From contig CAVSHB010000001.1 in NCBI GenBank assembly GCA_963727775.1, forward strand, positions 640,001-704,000: DNA of 64,000 nucleotides, read 5' to 3'. The stretch's first letter is position 1. Each line of letters starts with the position of its first letter. The stretch is from an uncultured Nitrospiraceae bacterium (GTDB lineage Bacteria > Nitrospirota > Thermodesulfovibrionia > Thermodesulfovibrionales > SM23-35). Under the pieces are notes generated by a model, which had not been told where the DNA came from, made no database searches, and worked only from the letters and a program-made list of their open reading frames with translations. Position numbers and translations under genes: made by a program. Shown one piece after another: positions 56,392 to 64,000 of the stretch.

Positions 56392-57618
56392 ATGTCACAC
56401 CCTAAGGTTCTTGCGTTTGTCCTTGCGGGAGGCAAGGGCGAGAGACTTTTTCCTTTAACTGCATTTCGCTCAAAACCATCCGTACCTTTCGGGGGAAGGT
56501 ACAGAATAGCTGATTTTGTCCTGAGTAATCTTGTTAATTCTCATATTTATTCCATATACCTTCTTGTCCAGTACAAATCACAGTCCTTAATCGAGCATCT
56601 GAGAATGCACTGGAATCTTTCTTCCGTGGTGAAGGACCATTTTGTGACTGTCGTCCCTCCGCAGATGCATATGGGGACTGAATGGTTCCAAGGTACGGCT
56701 GACGCTGTTTTCCAGAACGTCAGCCTTATCCAGCAGCACAATCCGAAACTCGTTATTATCTTCGGGGCCGATCACATTTACAGAATGGATATCCGGCAGA
56801 TGATCGATTTCCATATCGAAAATGAAGCCTTTGTTACTGTAGCAGCAAGACCTGTGCCGGTTGAACAGGCTTCTTCTTTCGGAATTATCATGAGTGACAG
56901 TGAAAAGCGGATCGTCGGGTTCCAGGAAAAACCGAAGAAGCCCATCCCGATGCCCGATGATCCCAGCCGGGCATATGTCTCCATGGGAAATTACATATTC
57001 AACAAAGACGTTCTGATGGAGGCTCTGGGAAGGGCGCAGAAGAAGAAGCAGCACGACTTCGGGGCACATGTTATACCCGACCTGGTCGGAACGGGAAAGG
57101 TCTTTGCTTATGACTTCGGAACTAATGTCATCCCCGGGACTAAGCCGTATGAAGAGGAAGGTTACTGGAGGGATGTCGGTTCAATATCCGCTTTTTTTGA
57201 TGCACACATGGACATGCTCGGCGAATCGCCTCTCTTCGAGCTTGATAACGGTCTCTGGCCGATCCATCCATCCGGCTATGAAGGGCCTGCCACAAAAATT
57301 CTCAGGGGCGATATAAGGAACAGCATGATTGCCGAGGGGTGCCTCATCGGTAGGGCGAAGATACGAAATTCTATTATCCGGAGCGGTGTGACAATTGAGA
57401 ACGATGTCAGTGTGGAAGATTGTATAATTATGGATACTGTAAACCTTAAAAAGGGGTGCAGGCTCAAAAAGGTCATAGTGGACAAGTTTAATGTCATAAA
57501 CGAAGGGGAGGAAATCGGCTTCAGTACGGAAAAAGACAGGTTTCGCTGTCACGTGGACTCATCGGGCATTGCTATTGTCCCGCGAGGCGGCAAACTGATA
57601 AGGGCTTCGAAGAAATAG
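56392..57618 (+). CDS. glgC: Glucose-1-phosphate adenylyltransferase
   Basis: LAGGKGERL, KPSVPFGG, GTADAV, EKP, YWRDVG. Confidence 0.96.
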   Translation: MSHPKVLAFVLAGGKGERLFPLTAFRSKPSVPFGGRYRIADFVLSNLVNSHIYSIYLLVQYKSQSLIEHLRMHWNLSSVVKDHFVTVVPPQMHMGTEWFQGTADAVFQNVSLIQQHNPKLVIIFGADHIYRMDIRQMIDFHIENEAFVTVAARPVPVEQASSFGIIMSDSEKRIVGFQEKPKKPIPMPDDPSRAYVSMGNYIFNKDVLMEALGRAQKKKQHDFGAHVIPDLVGTGKVFAYDFGTNVIPGTKPYEEEGYWRDVGSISAFFDAHMDMLGESPLFELDNGLWPIHPSGYEGPATKILRGDIRNSMIAEGCLIGRAKIRNSIIRSGVTIENDVSVEDCIIMDTVNLKKGCRLKKVIVDKFNVINEGEEIGFSTEKDRFRCHVDSSGIAIVPRGGKLIRASKK

Positions 57619-57681
57619 GCAATGTTGTTCCCGTGTCGGTAATCTGGTAGACTTGTAAAAATCATTTGAAGAGGAGGGAAT

Positions 57682-57999
57682 ATGGAATTTTGGGAAAAGG
57701 TGAAAAGGGACATTCAGAAGGGAATAAAAGAAGGTGTCGACATTATTAAAGCGAAAGCAGAGGAACTTACCGAGGAGGGGAAGAAAAGGCTCAAACTATT
57801 TGAGCTGAAGACAAAGGTCCAGGGAGAGATATCAAACCTCGGGGGGAAGGTCTATGACCTTAGTTCAACAGCCAAGAACCCGCTGCTTGACGGTAAGGTG
57901 AAAGCAATAGTGGGAAAAATCAAAAAACTTGAGGCGCAGATAGCAAAGATTGAGGGAAAGAAGAAAGCTTCGCGCAAGACAACAAAAAGGCGGACTTAG
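57682..57999 (+). CDS. Small coiled-coil hypothetical protein
   Basis: SD gaggag, Lys/Glu-rich helical ORF. Confidence 0.8.
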   Translation: MEFWEKVKRDIQKGIKEGVDIIKAKAEELTEEGKKRLKLFELKTKVQGEISNLGGKVYDLSSTAKNPLLDGKVKAIVGKIKKLEAQIAKIEGKKKASRKTTKRRT

Positions 58000-58035
58000 C
58001 GGATTAAGACCTCCTGACGCCGAAGTTTGGCCGGA

Positions 58036-58665
58036 TTATTTTTTCTTGGCGGCAAGCAACAGTTCCTTTTCAATTGCCCCTTCCCTCAGTATCTTTATTT
58101 CGTCACCTTCCACATCTACGATTGTTGAGGGAAGGCCGCCGGGTGTGGTGCCTTCGTCAATAATAAGATCAAGTTCATCATCAAAATATCTTCTGATAGT
58201 TTCCATGTCCTGAGCAGGCCCGGCACCCGATGGATTAGCGCTTGTAGCAGTAATGGGAAATCCGGCATATTCAGCGAGGCGCAGGGCGAATGAATTACCC
58301 GGCATTCTGACAGCAACCTTGCGCGTTTTAGCTGTTATAAATTCAGAGAGATTTTCTTTTGCCGGAAAGATGACGGTGAGAGGGGCGGGCCAGAACCTTT
58401 CTGTAAGTGATATCGCTGTGTTATCCATTGACGCCGCGATGACCGAAAGCAGATCCCTGTTCCCTATGATCAAAGGTATGGCCATTTTTAGAGGTCTTTG
58501 TTTTATTTTATAAAGCCTTTTTAATGAGTCTTCCATGTCAAATTTGACGCCAAGACCATAGAATGTCTCCGTCGGGTACGCGATGATCCCACCACCCTTA
58601 AGAATATCAACTGCTTTATGCAATATTTGCTTTATGTTTCGATCGGTGACCTTCATCAGTAACAT
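58036..58665 (-). CDS. tsaC: L-threonylcarbamoyladenylate synthase (YrdC/Sua5)
   Basis: PTETFYGL, KQR, TSAN, STIVD, LREG. Confidence 0.95.
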   Translation of the reverse strand: MLLMKVTDRNIKQILHKAVDILKGGGIIAYPTETFYGLGVKFDMEDSLKRLYKIKQRPLKMAIPLIIGNRDLLSVIAASMDNTAISLTERFWPAPLTVIFPAKENLSEFITAKTRKVAVRMPGNSFALRLAEYAGFPITATSANPSGAGPAQDMETIRRYFDDELDLIIDEGTTPGGLPSTIVDVEGDEIKILREGAIEKELLLAAKKK

Positions 58666-58827
58666 CGCAAAATACTACCACAGACGCAGGGCTTTTTTCA
58701 GTCCCGCGTTGCCGAAATATATAAAAAATAAAATTTTGTCATCAAAATCAATTAATTTATTGACATTTAATAGATTTTACTTTAAGATTTACGGTAATTA
58801 TGAATTAAGTAAGAGAGGAGGTGTAAA

Positions 58828-59229
58828 ATGAAGAAAATAGCTTTATTAGTCCTTTCTTTATCTTTATTTCTTGTCTTCGGCTGCGCGTCAAAAGACTATG
58901 TGAAACAGCAGATTGACCCATTGATAGACAGAATCAGCAGGCTCGAAGCGAGGGTTTCAGCCATTGAGTCCAAGGTCAATGCGCTTGAAGGAAAAGTCGG
59001 CGAAATCGATGTCGCCAAGAAAGACGCACGCGAAGCTAAAGCGCTTGCTGATGATGCGATGAAGACGGCGAAGGAATGCTGCAATAAGGCGGACGCTGCC
59101 GCGAAACGTGCTGAAGACGCCGCGAAACGCGCTGAAGTTGCCGCAGCAAAAGCAGAAGCTGCCGCTGAAGCGGCTGAAAATGCTGCAAAGAAAAGCGGAA
59201 AGGCCTTCGAGTTACAGCAGAAGAAATAG
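58828..59229 (+). CDS. Lpp/OprI-like alanine-zipper lipoprotein
   Basis: Lipobox VFGC, Ala-rich coiled coil, C-terminal KK. Confidence 0.85.
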   Translation: MKKIALLVLSLSLFLVFGCASKDYVKQQIDPLIDRISRLEARVSAIESKVNALEGKVGEIDVAKKDAREAKALADDAMKTAKECCNKADAAAKRAEDAAKRAEVAAAKAEAAAEAAENAAKKSGKAFELQQKK

Positions 59230-59249
59230 TCGGAATATTTTTTTGTTAT

Positions 59250-59291
59250 AGGGGCTGAAGGATGCGATATTCTTTAGCCCCTTTATTTTTT
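59250..59291 (+). terminator. Intrinsic terminator
   Basis: aggggctgaagga..ttctttagcccct followed by a T-rich tail. Confidence 0.8.
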
Positions 59292-59311
59292 CTTAATTTT
59301 TTCCCGAACGC

Positions 59312-60490
59312 TCACTCTTTCGCAGGCAGAGTGAAGTAAACAATGGAGCCTTTTCCCGGCTCCGACTTAACCCAAATCCTTCCGCCGTGACGCTCAACAA
59401 TTTTTTTGCAAGCCGCAAGGCCTATGCCCGTACCAGGGTATTCCTCCCTGCTATGGAGACGCCTGAAACTGATGAATATCTGATCTGCAAACTTCGGCTC
59501 AATACCTATCCCATTATCTTCAATAGAAAAGACCCACTCATTTTTCATTCGTTCGGCTGAAATGTGAATCCTTGGCGTATCCTTTCCATGAAACTTAATA
59601 GCATTGCCGACCAGATTCTGAAATAATCTTATCAATTGCGAGGAGTCTGCCGTGACAATCGGCAGATTGTCATGGCTAATTACTGCGCCGTTTTCTTTGA
59701 TAGCTGCCTGAAGATTGAAAATTGCCCTGTCCAAGGCCGATAAACATTCGGTAGGTTCGAAACTTTTGCGTTTTGTCCCTATTTGTGAGTAGTCCAACAA
59801 ATCTTTAATGAGAGCCTGCATCCGTTTCGTGCCCTCAATAGCATATTCGATGAATTCATAGGCCTTTTCATCGAGTTTTCCTTTGTAGCGCTTTGCCAGG
59901 AGTTTGACAAAACCTGCGACTACCCGTAAAGGTTCCTGTAAGTCGTGTGCTGCAGAGTAAGCAAACTGCTCCAGGTCTGCATTGGAACGGAATAGCTCAT
60001 CGGACAATTCCTTCAATTTCTCTTCTGCCAGCTTTCGTTCACTGATGTCCGTGAACGTTACGACCGCACCGACGATTTTTTCGTCTTCCATAATCGGGGT
60101 GCTGGTATATTCAACATGGAAAGATGTCCCGTCCTTTCTCCAGAAAACTTCGTCGGACCCACGGTGGACCGTGCCATCCTTATACGCAGCGTAAATAGGG
60201 CATTCTTCCACAGGATAGGGGCTTCCATCCGCCTTTTTATAATGCCATGTTGAGTGGCTGTGTTTACCAATAAGCTCGTCGACTGTATAACCAAGCATTT
60301 GGGCCGCAGCCGGATTAACAAATGTGTGAGTCCCCTGAGTGTTCAAGCCGAAAATACCTTCGCCGGCTGCATTCAGAACGAGTTCATATTGATGATGCAG
60401 CTTTTTGATTAACCTCTGATTCTGCTTGCATGCAGCTTCCTTTGATTCCAGCTCCGCGACCTTCCGACGCAATTCTAACAATTCATCCAT
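59312..60490 (-). CDS. PAS sensor histidine kinase
   Basis: PAS (FVNPAA, WRKDGT), AHDLQEPL, DNGIG, GTGIGL. Confidence 0.95.
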   Translation of the reverse strand: MDELLELRRKVAELESKEAACKQNQRLIKKLHHQYELVLNAAGEGIFGLNTQGTHTFVNPAAAQMLGYTVDELIGKHSHSTWHYKKADGSPYPVEECPIYAAYKDGTVHRGSDEVFWRKDGTSFHVEYTSTPIMEDEKIVGAVVTFTDISERKLAEEKLKELSDELFRSNADLEQFAYSAAHDLQEPLRVVAGFVKLLAKRYKGKLDEKAYEFIEYAIEGTKRMQALIKDLLDYSQIGTKRKSFEPTECLSALDRAIFNLQAAIKENGAVISHDNLPIVTADSSQLIRLFQNLVGNAIKFHGKDTPRIHISAERMKNEWVFSIEDNGIGIEPKFADQIFISFRRLHSREEYPGTGIGLAACKKIVERHGGRIWVKSEPGKGSIVYFTLPAKE

Positions 60491-60729
60491 CAGCTCGCTT
60501 TTTTGAAGTAGGGACAGCCACTCATATGAAGTTCCTCCTTGATTAATTCACAGGCAAAATATGCCATATACTTCCAACTTGGTTCACTCATGTGTCATAT
60601 GATAACGCGAGTTCCATATTGAGTTTATTCGAAGCAAGACAGGTGCCAGACTGTAACTTGTTAATTTATAGGGATTTAGAAAAAAGGTGCTGGAAATCCC
60701 TCCGGCAGATTTCCATATCGCTCCGGCAA

Positions 60730-60859
60730 AATGTCGTGTTTGGAGCCAGCTCAAAATAGGGTGGGTCGCTTTTTCCAGTCCCAGAGCATGTATTATTGCT
60801 CCGGGGACATCCGGTCTTGGCGGTAATTTATCCCTGGAATATACTTTGATCTCACTCAT
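60730..60859 (-). pseudogene. Frameshifted 5' fragment of a cupin-like gene
   Basis: MSEIKVYSRDKLP..GLEKA, then in a shifted frame YFELAPNTTF. Confidence 0.5.
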
Positions 60860-61604
60860 GTTTGCTCTCCTTCTCTTTCCTGCCGCCGTACATCGTAAAT
60901 ATTCCATATTTATAGAAGCAGTCTACGTCCTTAAAGCCGGTTGCCTTTAATGCGTTCAATTGATATTCAAGCGTGTCAGGCTTATTGTCCTTGTTGTCTT
61001 TATATCTGATGACAATGTCATCGTAATGGACACCTTCGACGCCCAAAGCACTCTTCCTTTCGGCTATCCATTCTTTCCATACCGACATATACCACCTGTC
61101 TAAAACATCTGTCGGGGACAGTACAACATCGATATTCACAAAACAGCCGCCGGGCTTGAGATGAGAATAAATCTTTTCGAAGAGCGATCTTTTTTCATTC
61201 GTTTCCAGGTGATGTATAGCCAGTGAAGAGACCGCAAAATCGAAACTCTGGTTCAAAATATCCTTTTCCAGAAAATCCTGGAAGCTTGCGCGGACGTATA
61301 GTATATTCTCAAACTTCTTCAGCCTTTCCCTTGCATTGTTCAACATGTCTTCCGAGCCGTCGAGCAATGTGGCCGATACCGTACCGTCAACTTCGAGGAT
61401 CTGCTGCGTGATAATGCCGTCCCCGCAACCGAGGTCAAGCATTGTTCTCCGGCCCCCGTCTTTCATGAAATGATTGTAGAATGACTGAAGAATAGTGAAC
61501 AGTCTTCTCCGCTCTATAACATAAATTTCGGCGCTGTCCCTATACTCTCTGGTAAAATCGGGCTTGGCCCAGTTGGAGTCATCGAATGTGGTCATGATTT
61601 TCAC
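60852..61604 (-). CDS. Class I SAM-dependent methyltransferase
   Basis: LDLGCGDG, SSLAIHHL, LKPGG. Confidence 0.92.
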   Translation of the reverse strand: MKIMTTFDDSNWAKPDFTREYRDSAEIYVIERRRLFTILQSFYNHFMKDGGRRTMLDLGCGDGIITQQILEVDGTVSATLLDGSEDMLNNARERLKKFENILYVRASFQDFLEKDILNQSFDFAVSSLAIHHLETNEKRSLFEKIYSHLKPGGCFVNIDVVLSPTDVLDRWYMSVWKEWIAERKSALGVEGVHYDDIVIRYKDNKDNKPDTLEYQLNALKATGFKDVDCFYKYGIFTMYGGRKEKESKHE

Positions 61605-61707
61605 CTCCGGTTAGAATTTGTAATGATGTCGAGTATCTCATCAGTCGCTTTCACGTTGGCAATGGAGATAAGCTCTCTATGGCTATTTTTGCGGGGACAA
61701 ATATTTC

Positions 61708-62463
61708 TTAAACCACCTGTCCCCTGATCCCGATCTTTGTTTTCTTCACCGGTATATTTTTGCCCGACACTTTCACCGCCTCTTCGACCAGCCTTACCAG
61801 TCCGCCGCAGCAGGGGACTTCCATATAAGCGATTGTCACGGATTTGATATCATTTTCTCCTAATATGGCTGAGAGCTTTTCCACGTAAGCGCCAGTGTTA
61901 TCGAGCTTGGGACAGCCGATTGCCACTGTGTGGCCTTTTATAAAATCGTTATGGAACCCAGCGTACGCATAAGCGCAGCAATCTGCTGCCACGAGCAGAT
62001 CAGCTCCCTGGTAATAAATCGCCTTTACCGGCAGAAGGTGTATCTGGACAGGCCAATTCCTTAACTGGGGCTCCGATGGTTCATGTTTGAAGGCCATAAC
62101 AGATGGAGTCCTGCTGATCGATTGGGCCATACTTCCGGGACAACCGCACGCCAAAGATTTGTGCTCTTTCCCCTCATGTTTCTTTTGCGCTTCTTCCATC
62201 TTCAAGACAGCTTCCTTGCCTTGTGTTTTTAATAAATATGTCTTTGTCGCATCAATATCAAAGGGCTTCGATTCCCTTTCTTCAATCTTTAAAGCGCCTG
62301 TGGGACATTTGCCCATGCAGTCGCCGAAACCGTCACAGAAATCTTCTTTGACAAGCTTCGCCTTACCGTCCACTATCTGCAAGGCTCCCTCCGAGCAGGC
62401 GCTCGCGCAATTGCCGCAGCCATCACAGAGTTCCTCATTTATTGTTATGATTTTCCTTTTCAT
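61708..62463 (-). CDS. 2x[4Fe-4S] ferredoxin-domain protein with Cys-rich C-terminal domain
   Basis: CDGCGNC..C, CDGFGDC..CP, NWPVQ, GCPKLD, MEVPCC. Confidence 0.92.
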   Translation of the reverse strand: MKRKIITINEELCDGCGNCASACSEGALQIVDGKAKLVKEDFCDGFGDCMGKCPTGALKIEERESKPFDIDATKTYLLKTQGKEAVLKMEEAQKKHEGKEHKSLACGCPGSMAQSISRTPSVMAFKHEPSEPQLRNWPVQIHLLPVKAIYYQGADLLVAADCCAYAYAGFHNDFIKGHTVAIGCPKLDNTGAYVEKLSAILGENDIKSVTIAYMEVPCCGGLVRLVEEAVKVSGKNIPVKKTKIGIRGQVV

Positions 62464-62494
62464 TTTAATGCCCTCCTTTCGTGTTCTTGCTTTT

Positions 62495-62536
62495 AGGATA
62501 CATCGGATTCCGACAGGAGTCTTTGATTTAAGTCAA
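62495..62536 (-). promoter_or_regulatory. FNR/Dnr/HcpR-type class II promoter
   Basis: TTGAT-ttaa-GTCAA at 62523-62536, centred at -41.5 relative to the +1 implied by a TATCCT -10 at 62500-62495. Confidence 0.7.
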
Positions 62537-62712
62537 GAGGCTGAAAAATATTTCTCCCCATCAACAACTCACAGAAATTGTTGTTTGAAAGGTGAGGTCA
62601 TCCCCTGAGAGTTTCGAATGGTTATTGATAGTGGTGTTTTGAAAACTTCACCTCCTACAAACATTGTTTTTTGAGTGGAGGAGAAAACTATCGATTTACC
62701 GCAGAAATACGC

Positions 62713-62779
62713 AGTTAAGGCGGAGGCTCATGGTAAGTGCCTATGCAGTTTCGCGATCCCATAAAGCGTGTGGTTATGT
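62713..62779 (-). other. Degenerate attC-like integron recombination site
   Basis: ACATAAC-5-GCTTTATG...CATGAGC-6-CTTAACT; stop codon of the upstream ORF lies inside R''. Confidence 0.55.
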
Positions 62780-63466
62780 TTCGGATAATATTTCATCTTT
62801 CATCAAGATAATGCAAATAAGTATCGAAAACACTACTATCAACAAAACTAATATGCCGAAAAACCCCATTATAAATAAATCTACAAAAGGTACAAAAGCG
62901 TAATCGTAATTTCCCGTGACTTTTAAGCGAGGATTCAACATTGATAGCTTCATATCGGGATGCATTACTTGTAAATGAATAAATACATTCTCTCTAGGAT
63001 AAGCCAAAATACCAGCAAGACCATATTCGAATGCATAATGATCCCCACTACTCCACAGTTTTGAACCAGCTTCCCTGAAAGGTTCATCGGTAGTAAAGTA
63101 CCAGTTTCTTATTAGTCTATCCATACGAGTTCCGTTTTTCTTCAAAGAGTAGACTTCGATCTTCAGCTTCAAAGGTCTTTTTACACGATCCAATTCTTCG
63201 CCTCTCATTTGTGTATCTCTGTCAACAACTAAGGAAACACGGCCTTCACCTTTTCGAGAATTCCAGGTGCCGTTTGGTACTTTCCATGTATAATTTCCTT
63301 CTTTATCAATTTTTATGTTCTCAATAATGATTGGATGCGCGACCATTGCTTTAATGTGTATAAATTCTTCTAGCCGATAAGCAACAACGGCGATAACAGC
63401 CAACACTATGAGAATCAGAGAAGATAAGATGGGACTGGCTTCAAATATTTTTGTTATTTTGTTCAT
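62774..63466 (-). CDS. AT-rich hypothetical membrane protein, possible gene cassette
   Basis: N- and C-terminal TM helices; ends in the attC-like site. Confidence 0.75.
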   Translation of the reverse strand: MNKITKIFEASPILSSLILIVLAVIAVVAYRLEEFIHIKAMVAHPIIIENIKIDKEGNYTWKVPNGTWNSRKGEGRVSLVVDRDTQMRGEELDRVKRPLKLKIEVYSLKKNGTRMDRLIRNWYFTTDEPFREAGSKLWSSGDHYAFEYGLAGILAYPRENVFIHLQVMHPDMKLSMLNPRLKVTGNYDYAFVPFVDLFIMGFFGILVLLIVVFSILICIILMKDEILSET

Positions 63467-63548
63467 ATTGAACTGAACATTCCTCTATGAAGATATTTTT
63501 TATCGAATGAAGCAATGCGGCTTTTAATACTGATATGTATTGCATGCA

Positions 63549-63947
63549 CTATAGTTCCGCAAGCCCCCGACCTAAACTTCCAGAGAAAATCAAATAAAGA
63601 AAAAAAATAAGAACGGGGAGAGCAACCAATAATGCCACAACAATCACAAAATGCCACATATACAATTCTTTCTTTTCTTCTGATTCCCCCCAAAACAAAA
63701 CATGAGCCACACGCTTTGGGAAGAGCGAAATACTAAATAGGGGCAACAAGATCAAGGCCCCAACTAATAAAAATCCAATGCTGGCCGCCATTTCATTAAA
63801 TCCAAGAAGAGCAATCAAAATGACAAGCAAAACAAGAGGGATTGTGCCCAAAAATATTATAAAGCGCAACACATTGAAAAGGCTCTTATCTGTCACTCCA
63901 TACCATCCTTTCCCCTGCTTATCTATTATCAGTTGTACCACGCACAA
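63549..63947 (-). CDS. AT-rich hypothetical membrane protein (start may be GTG at 63896)
   Basis: Three hydrophobic segments. Confidence 0.65.
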   Translation of the reverse strand: MCVVQLIIDKQGKGWYGVTDKSLFNVLRFIIFLGTIPLVLLVILIALLGFNEMAASIGFLLVGALILLPLFSISLFPKRVAHVLFWGESEEKKELYMWHFVIVVALLVALPVLIFFLYLIFSGSLGRGLAEL

Positions 63948-64000
63948 TTATATCAGGTTTCGATCTTGCGGACTTCAGGACGCAGTGTTGCACAGATAAA

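Noticed and set aside
63930..64000. Possible second attC half-site
   Set aside because: R' is degenerate (GTGGTAC) and the partner arm is unclear or outside the window.

Overview
A ~47% GC bacterial window, probably from an anaerobe or microaerophile of the Nitrospirota/Desulfobacterota type (inferred from gene content, not checked by search). 1-18.5 kb holds a large surface-protein gene fragment, a 3896-aa modular adhesin, and the main candidate system: a group-3-like [NiFe]-hydrogenase whose small subunit is fused to two cyclic-nucleotide-binding domains, transcribed divergently from a CHASE2 adenylate cyclase. 18.5-43 kb is a patchwork of accessory genes (msrBA, a REC-GGDEF protein, a PaeR7I-like R-M pair, a cNMP-kinase/phosphatase pair, cfa, a histidine kinase), with three 158-bp MITE copies (one split by an IS200 element), an ISNCY-type IS and many gene fragments. 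43-59 kb is mostly housekeeping (ogg, cobD, dgkA fusion, fumarase, btuFCD, malQ, glgC, tsaC). It is interrupted by a 4.1-kb integrase-free island of nested cargo blocks; here and once at 22-24 kb, cargo is bracketed by a duplicated gene 3' end. The right end has an FNR-type promoter, a degenerate attC-like site and AT-rich membrane genes. No rRNA, tRNA or CRISPR array was seen.
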